Shown one piece after another: positions 1 through 8,925 of a stretch of DNA of 64,000 nucleotides; the stretch's first letter is position 1; each line of letters begins with the position of its first letter. The DNA comes from Acidobacteriota bacterium (GTDB lineage Bacteria; Acidobacteriota; UBA890; WLXD01). The translations under genes were made by a program, and so were the position numbers. A model generated the notes under the pieces. It searched no databases and was not told the DNA's origin. It saw only the letters and a list, made by a program, of their open reading frames with translations. The stretch spans positions 5,472,001 through 5,536,000 of the forward strand of contig CBDFKD010000002.1 of the NCBI GenBank assembly GCA_965248695.1, in the 5' to 3' direction.

Positions 1-1201
1 CCTCGCCGGCACCGAAGTCGACCGCAGGCACCCCGGCGACGATGGTGTCGCCACCGACGGCCAACGCTGCCGCGAAGCGCGAGTCCGGACCGAAGCTGCC
101 GGTACCGATCTTCGAAACATCCGACCAGTTCCCGGATCCATCGTCGGTGTAGTGGAAGATCACACCCGAGTTGTTGCTGGCTCCCGGCGCTGCCACATAG
201 ATGCCGTCGTCTTCAACGGCGATGGCGGACCCGAATCCGAACGCCGACCCCTCGAACGGAAACATGCTGGCGGCGCGCGTGAGCTCGCCGCTCTCGGCGT
301 CATAACGGAAACGCCGCACCGCACCGAGTTGGTTGGCACCAACCGCACCCACGAGCAGCTCGGAGCCCCTGATCGCCAGCGATGAGCCGAAGCGATCGTT
401 CTCCATCGAGAAATCCCCGAGCGCCGTTACCTGCTCCCAGCCGTCGTCGGCGCGGCGGAACACGTAGACCAAGCCGGCGCGCTTGTTCGCCCTGGGGGCA
501 CCGACGACGGCCCACTCAGCGCTCATCAGCACCGCCGAGCCGAAGCGCTCGGGCGTCGGAGGCTCCGCCTCGTCATCTCCCTCGTTGTCCTCGCCCAGTC
601 CGGCGTGCGCAGCTGCCAGCCCACCATCCGCCGCCGCATCGTCACCGTCGACGGCGGGCTCGGAGTCCCGGCGCATGCCCGACAGGCGCGCAACCTGGAC
701 CCACTGGTGGTCCTGCATCTCGAACACGTAGGCCGCTCCCCGGTTGCCATCGGCCGCTGGCGCTCCGACGACCAGGCGCTCCCCATCGCGCGACATGGCG
801 GCACCGAACCGGTCGCCATCGAGTCCATCCGTGGGGACCAACGTGCCGACCTCGTTCCACGACCGGCCGTCGCGGTGGAACATGTACACGGCGCCGCTCG
901 CATCGTTGACCGCACCGACCAGCAAGAAGTCACCATCAACATCGATCGCGCTGCCAAAGCCGTCGCCGTCGACGGCGTCGGAGGCGGACAGCGCCGCCGC
1001 CTCGACCCAATCGCCGCCAGCGCGGCGGTACACGTAGACATAGCCCGAGCTGGCTAGACTGGCCGGCTCACCGACGAACACCTCCCCATCGGCGATCGCT
1101 ACCATCCGGCCGAACTGGCCAAAACCAACCTGGGCCTGAGCTGGCGCTGCGAACGCAACGAGGACAGGTACAACGGCGAGACAACGGAGGAGCTTCTTCA
1201 C
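1..1201 (-). CDS. Secreted FG-GAP repeat beta-propeller protein (3' end outside window)
   Basis: Not in the ORF track; translated by hand from GTG at 1201 (SD AAGAGG upstream). Signal peptide MKKLLRCLAVVPVLVAFAAPAQA, then repeated FG-x-A/S...VVGAP...GAxYVF blades (e.g. DRFGAAMSRDGERLVVGAP, ERFGSAVLMSAEWAVVGAP). Frame stays open to position 1. Confidence 0.85.
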   Translation of the reverse strand, partial: MKKLLRCLAVVPVLVAFAAPAQAQVGFGQFGRMVAIADGEVFVGEPASLASSGYVYVYRRAGGDWVEAAALSASDAVDGDGFGSAIDVDGDFLLVGAVNDASGAVYMFHRDGRSWNEVGTLVPTDGLDGDRFGAAMSRDGERLVVGAPAADGNRGAAYVFEMQDHQWVQVARLSGMRRDSEPAVDGDDAAADGGLAAAHAGLGEDNEGDDEAEPPTPERFGSAVLMSAEWAVVGAPRANKRAGLVYVFRRADDGWEQVTALGDFSMENDRFGSSLAIRGSELLVGAVGANQLGAVRRFRYDAESGELTRAASMFPFEGSAFGFGSAIAVEDDGIYVAAPGASNNSGVIFHYTDDGSGNWSDVSKIGTGSFGPDSRFAAALAVGGDTIVAGVPAVDFGAGE

Positions 1202-1328
1202 GCTTCACCTCTTGGGAGGCCGTGTGCGACGACGCATGGTGCATGCGGGCACGAGCCTCCGGAGCGGGGAGATGCAAGCAGTTTCGCCAATGGCGTCTCC
1301 GGGATCAAGCTCGGCCCGAGTCGCGAAA

Positions 1329-1979
1329 TCAGCCTTCTCCCGGTCCCGACCATCGAGGCCCGTCCGGGGCCCGGTACGCGTGCATGCGCTCCAGCAAACG
1401 GTCGGGATGGTCGTCGACCAACAGCTGCTCACGCCGAGGGCCGTCGAGGAACCCCTCCTGCACTGCGTAGTCGAGCATTCCCAGGAGCGCGTCGTAGTAG
1501 CCGGCCACGTTCAAGACTCCGACTGGTTTCCTGTGCATCCCCAGCTGCGCCCAGGCGCTGATCTCGAACAGCTCCTCGAACGTTCCGATGCCGCCGGGCA
1601 GCGCGATGAAACCGGAGGCCAGCTCGGACATCAGATGCTTGCGCTCATGCATCGAGTCGACGACGACGAGCTCGCTCAGCGACGTGTGTCCGACCTCGCG
1701 CACCTGCAACCCGTACGGGATGACGCCGGTAACCCGACCGCCGGCAGCCATCACCGAGTCGGCGATACGGCCCATCAGACCGACGCTGCCGCCGCCGTAG
1801 ACCAACCCGATGCCGCGATCGACGAGCGCCCGCCCGAGCGCCGCAGCAGCATCTCCGTAGTCGGCTCGAACGCCGGACCTGGATCCGCAGAAGACGCAGT
1901 AGAAGAGCCCGCCCGCGCCGTCAGGCGTTTGCTTGTATCCGCGCAGCGCGCTTCTCCCAGCGCTCGCGTGCCTTGGCAC
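1329..1979 (-). CDS. LOG family nucleotide phosphoribohydrolase (TIGR00730-type)
   Basis: CVFCGS, LVYGGGSVGLMG, MHERK and PGGIGTFEE motifs. Start uncertain (GTG 1979 or 1991). Confidence 0.9.
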   Translation of the reverse strand: MPRHASAGRSALRGYKQTPDGAGGLFYCVFCGSRSGVRADYGDAAAALGRALVDRGIGLVYGGGSVGLMGRIADSVMAAGGRVTGVIPYGLQVREVGHTSLSELVVVDSMHERKHLMSELASGFIALPGGIGTFEELFEISAWAQLGMHRKPVGVLNVAGYYDALLGMLDYAVQEGFLDGPRREQLLVDDHPDRLLERMHAYRAPDGPRWSGPGEG

Positions 1980-2205
1980 GCTCCTCCTCACGCGACTTCG
2001 GCGAGGCAGTAGTCACGAGGCTGCCCAACAAGCCCATCGAGACCGCCGTTACGTCGTCGACGGCGCGCTCGAATGCTTCCGTGTTTGCCTGCGACGGCGC
2101 CCGCATGCCGCTGATCTTCCGTACGTACTGCAGGGCCGAAGCACGAACCTCGGCTTGGGTCGCCGTGGGCTCGAAGTTGAACAGCGGACGAATATTTCGA
2201 CACAC
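1921..2205 (-). CDS. DUF2277 family protein
   Basis: MCRNIRPLFNFEP...SALQYVRKISG...PSQAN pattern typical of the family. Confidence 0.8.
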   Translation of the reverse strand: MCRNIRPLFNFEPTATQAEVRASALQYVRKISGMRAPSQANTEAFERAVDDVTAVSMGLLGSLVTTASPKSREEERAKARERWEKRAARIQANA

Positions 2206-2386
2206 GAGCGGATCCTCCTCGATGAATCGGAGCTGGCGAGTTGGCGCCCCATTTTGTCATGCGCGTGCGCCAGATCAGCGCGCCGCCGAGGATACGCCGC
2301 GGCTCCGGATTCAGGAAACCGGATCAGGAATTCGTGAATCCGTACTCGCCGCTGACGATCGAATACAGAAAACCCGGCGATATCGG

Positions 2387-2554
2387 GCACGCCAGCCGTC
2401 GCCCCAGGCCGCTCCCCTTTACGTCCATGATCGGGACAGGGCTGGCGTCCACGTTATCGCCGGGTCCTCCGGGCTCAGGTAACACCGTGCACGCCAGCCA
2501 CAGCCCCAGGCCGCTCCCCTTTACGTCCATGATCGGGACAGGGCTGGCGTCCAC
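2387..2554. repeat. Two 66-bp direct repeats (2387-2452, 2489-2554; period 102 bp), REP-like hairpins
   Basis: Units are identical except 3 nt (gtc/aca). Each is closed by the inverted pair ACGCCAGCC/GGCTGGCGT. Confidence 0.9.
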
Positions 2555-2709
2555 ACTGCCACCTGAGCTTCTATCGACAGAGGAGCAAATGTCGTGCCAA
2601 TACGGCTGGGCGTTTTGGCCCTACCAGGCTGCGTCGGCGCCGGCGATGGCGCTCGGAGCGGCAAGCGTCGTCCCGATTTCGGGATCGCCTGTGCCAGAAC
2701 CGGACGGCG

Positions 2710-3510
2710 CTACGAAGCGGGCTGTTCCACCGGATCGCTGGTGTACGGATCGTCCTCGACAACCCATCCATCCAGCAGGTTGATGATCCGGTCGCTGTAG
2801 CCAGCGTTCATCTCGGAGTGGGTCACCTGAACGATGGTGGTTCCCTCCTCCTCGTTGAGGCGCTTGAACAGCTCCATAATCTCCTTGCCCTGCGCCGTGT
2901 GGAGGTTGCCGGTCGGCTCGTCCGCCAGCAGCACCTTCGGGTTGCCGATGATCGCTCGAGCCACGCCTACCAGCTGCTGCTGCCCGCCGGACAGCTGGCT
3001 CGGGTAGAGATCCTTCTTGCCGACGATATTGAAGCGATCGAGGGTGTCCGCGACCATGCTCTTGCGCTGCGCCCGCTTGATGTTGCGATACGACAGCGGC
3101 ACGTCGAGATTCTCGTACACGGTCATGCTGTCGATCAGGTGGTAGCTCTGGAAGACGAACCCGATGTACTCACGGTTCAGCCGGTTGCGCTCTTTCGAGC
3201 TCAGATCGTGCACCGGGTAGTCCAGGAAGTAGTACTCGCCTTCCCAGGACCCATCGAGCATGCCGATGATGCTCAACAGAGTCGATTTGCCGGCCCCCGA
3301 GGGCCCCATGATGGTGACGAACTCACCCTGCTTGATGTCGGCGTTGATGCGGCGCAGCACGTACGTGCGCCCGAAGCCCGACTTGTACCACTTTTCGATT
3401 CCGCGCAGTCGGACGATCGGCGAATTGGGATCCCGTTCGATTAGCGGTTCCGTGCCACGGGCTTCTTTGCCCCCTAGAAGGTCACGCGCTTTCCACATAT
3501 CCCTCAACAT
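2710..3510 (-). CDS. ABC transporter ATP-binding protein (LolD/MacB-like)
   Basis: Walker A GPSGAGKS, LSGGQQQ signature, LLADEPTGNL, VTH. Confidence 0.95.
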   Translation of the reverse strand: MLRDMWKARDLLGGKEARGTEPLIERDPNSPIVRLRGIEKWYKSGFGRTYVLRRINADIKQGEFVTIMGPSGAGKSTLLSIIGMLDGSWEGEYYFLDYPVHDLSSKERNRLNREYIGFVFQSYHLIDSMTVYENLDVPLSYRNIKRAQRKSMVADTLDRFNIVGKKDLYPSQLSGGQQQLVGVARAIIGNPKVLLADEPTGNLHTAQGKEIMELFKRLNEEEGTTIVQVTHSEMNAGYSDRIINLLDGWVVEDDPYTSDPVEQPAS

Positions 3511-3545
3511 CGTGCAATAGGCTTGCCATTCCTGCGAGCGTATCG

Positions 3546-5198
3546 CTAATCGAGGCCCAGAACCTCCAGTCCCTGACGGTAGGTGATATCCACCGGGATC
3601 GACTGCTCGGCCAGCCGATCGAGGGCTGCCTGCAAGCCGGGACCGACGACGCCGGCGGTGGACCAGAATGCCGCGGTGGCATCGTAGTCCCCGTCGCCCT
3701 GTAGCCGAAGTAGCTTTGCCGATAGGCCGACTATCGCTTCCTGGACGCGGGCGGAATCGATCGAGTACGTGCCGTTGGAAACGTCGAACGAGAAGGCCTG
3801 CTGGTCGCGGAAATAGTTGAAGCGTGCCAGATTGGCCCGGCCGTGGGCGCTCGTAGGCCCGAAGCGGACCGAGCGGAAGATCGAGGCAAAGAACGTCACG
3901 TAGTTGTCCATCAGGTCGACGTCATCCAGATCACCGCTCGCATGCAGCTGCGTGAGCATGTGCAGCCCCAGAATGTCGGCCTTGCCCTCCTCCACCCAGG
4001 AGGCGTGCTCCGCCAGCGCCTGGCGAACCGTACCGCTCCCATCGATGGTGTTCTTGATACCGAGCCCATGTGCCACCTCGTGGAACATGGTGTTGGCGAA
4101 GAAGGCGTCGAACGTCACGTGGCCGCGCTGCTCGGGTGCGATGAGCTCGGCGGCAATCGGCGCCAGGATGCCATCGAACTTGGCGCGCATGGCGTTCTTG
4201 ATCTGCAACCGGCGCGTCCCCTTCTGCAGCTGCACCTGCTCGTCGTTGGGCAGGTTCACGGCGATCGATTTCGAGCCGGTGTTGGCCTCGCCGCCGGCGA
4301 ACACCAGATCGTAGGCATTGAGCTCGGCCTCGGTGCCCGGCTCCTCCGCTTTGTAGGCGTCGGGCACTGGCAGGGTGCGCTGCAACGACGGCAGCAACGT
4401 GGCGTAGCGTGCCAGTCGAGCACTCCACTCCTGATCTTTGATGAAGATCAGCGCTTCGTGCGACGCCTTGGCCCCGAGCAGCTGATCTTCGTAGACTTCG
4501 ATCGGGCCGATGACCACCTCGATGGTGTTGTCGGTCATCTCCATCCAGGCAACGTCGCTCGCCTGGTAGTCGTCGTCGAGCAGCGCCGCGGCCCGGAGCT
4601 CGAGGTAGTTGCGCAGCCCCGGGTCCTCAGCGAGCGTCGCCGCCTGGCGCAGCTTGCCGGCCACCTCCGCCGTCTGGGTGGCGAACGCGCGGTGATACGG
4701 GACTGTCGTCAGACTCCCCTCTGCATCCCGTCGCACCAGGGTGTAGAGCGATCGGACCGCCGGATCGTCGGCGGCGTCGATCTCCTCGCGCGTAATGTCG
4801 GCTGGATAGAAGTTGGCACCCGGCGGTTTGGCACCCACGCCTTCGACAAACGGCGCGTTGCCGTCGAGTCGATCCCAGGGGCCGGTGTTGAGCTCGGCGA
4901 AGCGTCGCTCGGCAGGATCCTCTAGTGCTTCTATCAACGACGCGCGATCGCCGTAAGCCTCGATCCAGTAGATCTCGTCGATTGCCCGGGCCGCGTCGAT
5001 CAGCAGGCGCAGAATCTGACGCTGATCGTCGCTCAGCATCGACAGGTCAGGGGCCAGACTGACTTCTGTGTACTTGGCCAGGCCGCGCTCGGCAGCGCTG
5101 GTCGAATTGGTCGCAGGTTGCGCCCGGTCGGAAGCAGGACTGCACGAGATAGCGGTCAAGGTGAGCAGCAGGAGTGCGGTGGCGCTGCGAAGAATCAT
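3546..5198 (-). CDS. Zn-dependent peptidase, M49/dipeptidyl-peptidase III-like lipoprotein
   Basis: Lipobox AISC; NLPND, FHEVAHGLG and EEGKAD motifs. Confidence 0.85.
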   Translation of the reverse strand: MILRSATALLLLTLTAISCSPASDRAQPATNSTSAAERGLAKYTEVSLAPDLSMLSDDQRQILRLLIDAARAIDEIYWIEAYGDRASLIEALEDPAERRFAELNTGPWDRLDGNAPFVEGVGAKPPGANFYPADITREEIDAADDPAVRSLYTLVRRDAEGSLTTVPYHRAFATQTAEVAGKLRQAATLAEDPGLRNYLELRAAALLDDDYQASDVAWMEMTDNTIEVVIGPIEVYEDQLLGAKASHEALIFIKDQEWSARLARYATLLPSLQRTLPVPDAYKAEEPGTEAELNAYDLVFAGGEANTGSKSIAVNLPNDEQVQLQKGTRRLQIKNAMRAKFDGILAPIAAELIAPEQRGHVTFDAFFANTMFHEVAHGLGIKNTIDGSGTVRQALAEHASWVEEGKADILGLHMLTQLHASGDLDDVDLMDNYVTFFASIFRSVRFGPTSAHGRANLARFNYFRDQQAFSFDVSNGTYSIDSARVQEAIVGLSAKLLRLQGDGDYDATAAFWSTAGVVGPGLQAALDRLAEQSIPVDITYRQGLEVLGLD

Positions 5199-5211
5199 GG
5201 GCTCCTCGGAG

Positions 5212-6549
5212 TCAGTTGATTGCTATCGGTAGGGGTGCGCCGTCCTCGTACAGCTGACCTCGGGATGCCTCGCAGCGGCCGTAAAGGGCGCCCGGCAGGG
5301 ATGCGACGAGCTCCGTCGGTAAGACGCGATTCCGCAGGTCCGTTTCCGCATCGGTGTCCGTGAGTACGCGTACATAGTTTCCGGTCAGCCCACTCCAGCG
5401 TCTGCCGTCACCGAACGGTTCGCTCGACTCCCAAAGAACCTCGACGTGGCGGCCCAACATCCGATGTCGGAAGCTCCCCTCCAGGTCGGCACCAAGTACG
5501 TGGAGTCGGCGGCTGCGAGCCTGAGCGACCGATGGATTCACCTGCCGCCGCATGTGGGCGGCTGCAGTACCGGCACGCGGCGAGTAGCGGAACACATGCA
5601 AGCGCGAGAACGCCATCGACTCGATGAACCGGATCGACGTTTCGAACTCGGCCTCGGTCTCGCCCGGAAATCCCACGATGACGTCGGTGCTGACCGCAAG
5701 ATCCGGGACCGCTGCGCGGGCCGCATCCACCAGCGTGGTGAACTCGGCCTGGCTGGTTCGCCGCGACATGCGCCGCAGCGTCGCGTCGCAGCCGCTTTGC
5801 AGCGGCAGATGCAGGTGCGGCTGCAGCCGCGGATCGGCCCACAGGTCGAAGAGCTCGGGGCGCATGTCCCATGGCTCCAGCGACGATAGTCGCACCCGTG
5901 GCATATCGGTGCGCTCGAGGATCGCCGCAACGAGATGTTCGAGACCATGCGGATCGCCGAGATCGTGGCCGTAGGAGCCGAGATGTACCCCCGTGAGCAC
6001 GGCCTCCTGGTAGCCGAGATCCGCCAGCTGCCGAATTTGGGCAACCACCGCTTCCTGCGACCGACTACGGCTGGCGCCGCGTGCGACCGTGACGATGCAG
6101 AAAGTGCAGCGGTTGTCACAACCATCCTGAACCTTGACGAAAGCCCGCGTCCGTCCCTGCCCTGCGGCGAAGGGTGTCGACTCCGAGTCGCCGATCGGGT
6201 CGGCGTCGGTCAGCAGCCCGGCGCCGGCGAGCAGATCAGCGAGATGGTCCTTGTCGCGGTTGCTCACCACCATGTCGACACCCAGGCGTTGCACCTCGGC
6301 CCGGGACAGATCGGCGTAGCACCCCGTCACCACGAGGCTTGCTTCGGGATAATCGCGCCGAATCTGGCGCAAGATCTTGCGTGACTTGCGCTCCGCCACC
6401 TGTGTGACGGCGCAAGTGTTGAAGACGAACAGATCGGCCGAATCCCCCGGAGCCACGACGCGGTGGCCACGGCCGGCCAACCCGCGCGCCAGCTCCTCCA
6501 TCTCGCCGATGTTCAACCTGCAGCCGATCGAATCGAGACGCACGCGCAC
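5212..6549 (-). CDS. mtaB: tRNA t6A37 methylthiotransferase MtaB (radical SAM)
   Basis: GCRLN, NTCAVT, VVTGCYA, KVQDGCDNRCTFC, DVIVGFPGET. Start GTG 6549 or 6597. Confidence 0.9.
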   Translation of the reverse strand: MRVRLDSIGCRLNIGEMEELARGLAGRGHRVVAPGDSADLFVFNTCAVTQVAERKSRKILRQIRRDYPEASLVVTGCYADLSRAEVQRLGVDMVVSNRDKDHLADLLAGAGLLTDADPIGDSESTPFAAGQGRTRAFVKVQDGCDNRCTFCIVTVARGASRSRSQEAVVAQIRQLADLGYQEAVLTGVHLGSYGHDLGDPHGLEHLVAAILERTDMPRVRLSSLEPWDMRPELFDLWADPRLQPHLHLPLQSGCDATLRRMSRRTSQAEFTTLVDAARAAVPDLAVSTDVIVGFPGETEAEFETSIRFIESMAFSRLHVFRYSPRAGTAAAHMRRQVNPSVAQARSRRLHVLGADLEGSFRHRMLGRHVEVLWESSEPFGDGRRWSGLTGNYVRVLTDTDAETDLRNRVLPTELVASLPGALYGRCEASRGQLYEDGAPLPIAIN

Positions 6550-6728
6550 GTCAGCTGGCCGCCAGAAAAAAGGCGCTGCGCGCGACGCGCGGTCCACCGA
6601 TACGGATCATTTGCCGAGTCTCCGAGATGCCTGGTGATTCTAGCAAGTGATGACCGTCAGAACCTGTTGTGGACAGGCACACAAGGAGCCACGGGGGGTG
6701 GCATCACGCCCTGTCCGGGGGGAGATTC

Positions 6729-6995
6729 ATGGCACGTTCACTTCGCAACCCGATCCTGTGCATGTGCGCACTGTTCGTCATTGGCGGCACGCTGCTGCCC
6801 GCGACCGCCGAAGCAGGGTGCTTCGGGGAGCTCGATTCCTGCATGAATTGCGCCCGGAAGTACTTGTGGGAGGGCATCAAAGGGCTCAGTGCGAGTCTGA
6901 TCCGCGACGCCAACGTGATGATGTGGGACTGCAATCTCGATGTGTACCACTGCATCATTCTGGGCAAGCACCACCGCTACGGATGCGCCATCTGA
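6729..6995 (+). CDS. Small secreted Cys-rich protein (88 aa; about 59-aa mature part with 6 Cys)
   Basis: SD GGGGGAG before ATG 6729; hydrophobic signal peptide ending in A-E-A; mature GCFGELDSCMNC...DCNLDVYHC...GCAI. Confidence 0.8.
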   Translation: MARSLRNPILCMCALFVIGGTLLPATAEAGCFGELDSCMNCARKYLWEGIKGLSASLIRDANVMMWDCNLDVYHCIILGKHHRYGCAI

Positions 6996-7029
6996 CCACC
7001 GAAGGCGGTCCGTTTTCGTGCTGGCGGAA

Positions 7030-7059
7030 CTGTCCGGGAGAGCTCGCTCTCCCGGGCAG
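7030..7059 (+). terminator. Strong intergenic hairpin (attenuator, terminator or stabiliser)
   Basis: CTGTCCGGGAGAGC-TC-GCTCTCCCGGGCAG, a 14-bp stem with no U-tract. Confidence 0.45.
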
Positions 7060-7086
7060 CCGCCCAGGACCAGGGGGGTGTTGCTC

Positions 7087-8265
7087 ATGGAGAACCTGTG
7101 CTCGCGGAACCTATGTCTCGAGATGCTGCGTCTCGGGAGGCTGCCCGTCGCAATGCCGCGGATCGGAACGGTGCGTATCGGAATGTTGCGCGCCGGACTG
7201 TTGGATGTCGGAGCACGGTGCTTTGGAATCCTGTGTTTGGTATCACTCGCTACTTGCCGCCCTGTCGAGCTGCCGGCGGAGTGGACTCTGGAGGCGGAAG
7301 AGCTCCGCACCCTCGGGCAAGAGCCCGTCGACGCAGCCACGGCGTTCTTCAATCCGGCCGCGGTGGGATTCGACGCTCAGAATCGAATCCATGTTCTCGA
7401 TACCGGTAACCACCGCGTACAAATCTTCTCGCCGGCCGGTGATCTCGTTGCTTCGCGCGGCAGACGCGGCAACGGCCCCGGAGAGCTCAGTGGCCCGGAA
7501 GGAATGTGGGTGTACCCAAGCGGGGAGATACTGATCGCCGATACCGGAAACCGGCGGCTGGCGCGTTTCGGCCCTGCGGGTGAGCCGCTCGATGCCGTCG
7601 CAGTCGACTACCTACCGCTCGAGGTGATGGGAACGGCGGAGCACATCTTCGTGCTGCGTCTACCACCGGCTTCCTTCATGTTCGGTCCCGCGGCGGAGCC
7701 CCTGGTGACCGTACTAGACCGCGACGGCACGCATCTCGACAGCATCGTGCCGCCGCAGCCAAGCGACGTAGGCATTCTCTACTTCCTGCTCAACACTCGG
7801 CGCATCGCACCGGCACCAGGCGGAGGGTTCGCGCTGGCCCATACTCACGTCACCAGCCAGGTGCAGCTGTACGACCGGCTCGGGACGCCAACCGCGACCA
7901 TCGATACGCTGTACAAGGCGGCCAGCTGGGCGCCGCTCGGCCGTCTGCCGCGCCACATCAGCGACCAGAGCCTGGATCGTGTGGCGCGTACCGCCACGGA
8001 TGTCGCTTGGGATGCTTCGCGCGGCCTCTACTGGGTGCTCGCCGGGTACGTCGACCGTACCTCTGAAGGAACTTGGACGACCGGCACCGAGCTCTATCGC
8101 TACGACACGAAGGGCGTCTACCGCGGCTCGGTGATGCTCCCCTATGCGGCGCGTGTCGTCGCGCCCGCTCCCGATCGGACCGTCTGGCTGATCGACGAAG
8201 AGGGCGTCCTGCACCAGCTCCGTCTACGCGATCCGGACCTCGCTCCGCCTCTGGGCGAGCCTTGA
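7087..8265 (+). CDS. NHL-repeat 6-bladed beta-propeller lipoprotein
   Basis: FFNPAAVGFDAQNRIHVLDTGNHRVQIF and GPGELSGPEGMWVYPSGEILIADTGNRRLARF NHL repeats; lipobox LATC. Several possible ATG starts (7087/7123/7153/7183). Confidence 0.85.
   Translation: MENLCSRNLCLEMLRLGRLPVAMPRIGTVRIGMLRAGLLDVGARCFGILCLVSLATCRPVELPAEWTLEAEELRTLGQEPVDAATAFFNPAAVGFDAQNRIHVLDTGNHRVQIFSPAGDLVASRGRRGNGPGELSGPEGMWVYPSGEILIADTGNRRLARFGPAGEPLDAVAVDYLPLEVMGTAEHIFVLRLPPASFMFGPAAEPLVTVLDRDGTHLDSIVPPQPSDVGILYFLLNTRRIAPAPGGGFALAHTHVTSQVQLYDRLGTPTATIDTLYKAASWAPLGRLPRHISDQSLDRVARTATDVAWDASRGLYWVLAGYVDRTSEGTWTTGTELYRYDTKGVYRGSVMLPYAARVVAPAPDRTVWLIDEEGVLHQLRLRDPDLAPPLGEP
7090..7239 (+). repeat. Degenerate 15-bp tandem repeat (about 10 units) in the 5' part of the NHL gene
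   Basis: Units such as gagatgctgcgtctc, gcaatgccgcggatc, ggaacggtgcgtatc, ggaatgttgcgcgcc. Confidence 0.6.
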
Positions 8266-8293
8266 CCAGCGTCGAACCCGGCCACGGCTCTCT

Positions 8294-8911
8294 TTACCGC
8301 CGTCTACGAAAACGCCACACGGTCGTACCGTGCTCGTCGCCCTGCGTGAATACGAGCACCTCGCCCGAAGCAAACTCGTAGCGGAAGGTGTAGCGCCGTA
8401 CAGTGGACTGATCGTCGAACGACCACCAGCGTCCCTCGACCTCGAGAACGCGCCCATTGCCGGTCCAGTGGGCCCGCTCACGGACCTCGGCGGCGCCGCG
8501 CTCGAATTCGCTCACCGAACCGGCCCAGCGATACGTCTGGACGTTCTGTTCCCCGTTCTCGGGCCGGAACTCGAACACGATTCGGTCGATCTGCTGGTCT
8601 ATCCGGTAGGAGACCTCGCGATCACGCCACACCTCGACCATCGGATCGCTCGAGGCGGCATCGAACAGCCACTCCCCGGTCATGTCGACCACCGGCACGT
8701 CCGAGATCCACGGCGTCCATTCGAGCGGCGGCCTCTCTGGCGGGTCGGCCTGCTCTTGAGCGACCGCCGATGCTGTTGCCAGCGCGGACAGTGTGAGAGC
8801 CGCCAGGATCGCGATGGCGGCGCGTTGCTGCCCGCGACCGACAGCAGAGAAGGAGGCGGCGGGCGGGATCGAACCGCCGAATCGCGGTTTTGCAGACCGC
8901 TGCCTTACCAC
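8294..8911 (-). CDS. Hypothetical secreted beta-strand-rich protein (lipocalin-like barrel?); start unresolved
   Basis: Signal-like AAIAILAALTLSALATASAVA-QEQ; DMTGEW motif and alternating beta strands. The nearest upstream canonical start is GTG 8911, inside tRNA-Cys. Confidence 0.65.
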   Translation of the reverse strand: MVRQRSAKPRFGGSIPPAASFSAVGRGQQRAAIAILAALTLSALATASAVAQEQADPPERPPLEWTPWISDVPVVDMTGEWLFDAASSDPMVEVWRDREVSYRIDQQIDRIVFEFRPENGEQNVQTYRWAGSVSEFERGAAEVRERAHWTGNGRVLEVEGRWWSFDDQSTVRRYTFRYEFASGEVLVFTQGDEHGTTVWRFRRRR

Positions 8912-8925
8912 TTGGCTACGCCGCC
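8854..8925 (-). tRNA. tRNA-Cys(GCA)
   Basis: GGCGGCG acceptor stem, anticodon arm GCGGT-CTGCAAA-ACCGC, GGTTCGATCC T-loop, U discriminator; followed by CCT rather than CCA. Confidence 0.95.

Noticed and set aside
2387-2554. CRISPR array
   Set aside because: Only two repeats; 66 bp is longer than typical CRISPR repeats; no cas genes or AT-rich leader in the window
2241-2783. ORFs with repeated peptide (PRPLPFTSMIGTGLAST / DASPVPIMDVKGSGLG)
   Set aside because: The peptide repeat is a by-product of the DNA repeat; no clear SD or domain, and both strands are open
6600-8853. tRNA-anchored genomic island
   Set aside because: No integrase, no duplicated tRNA 3' end found and no obvious compositional shift
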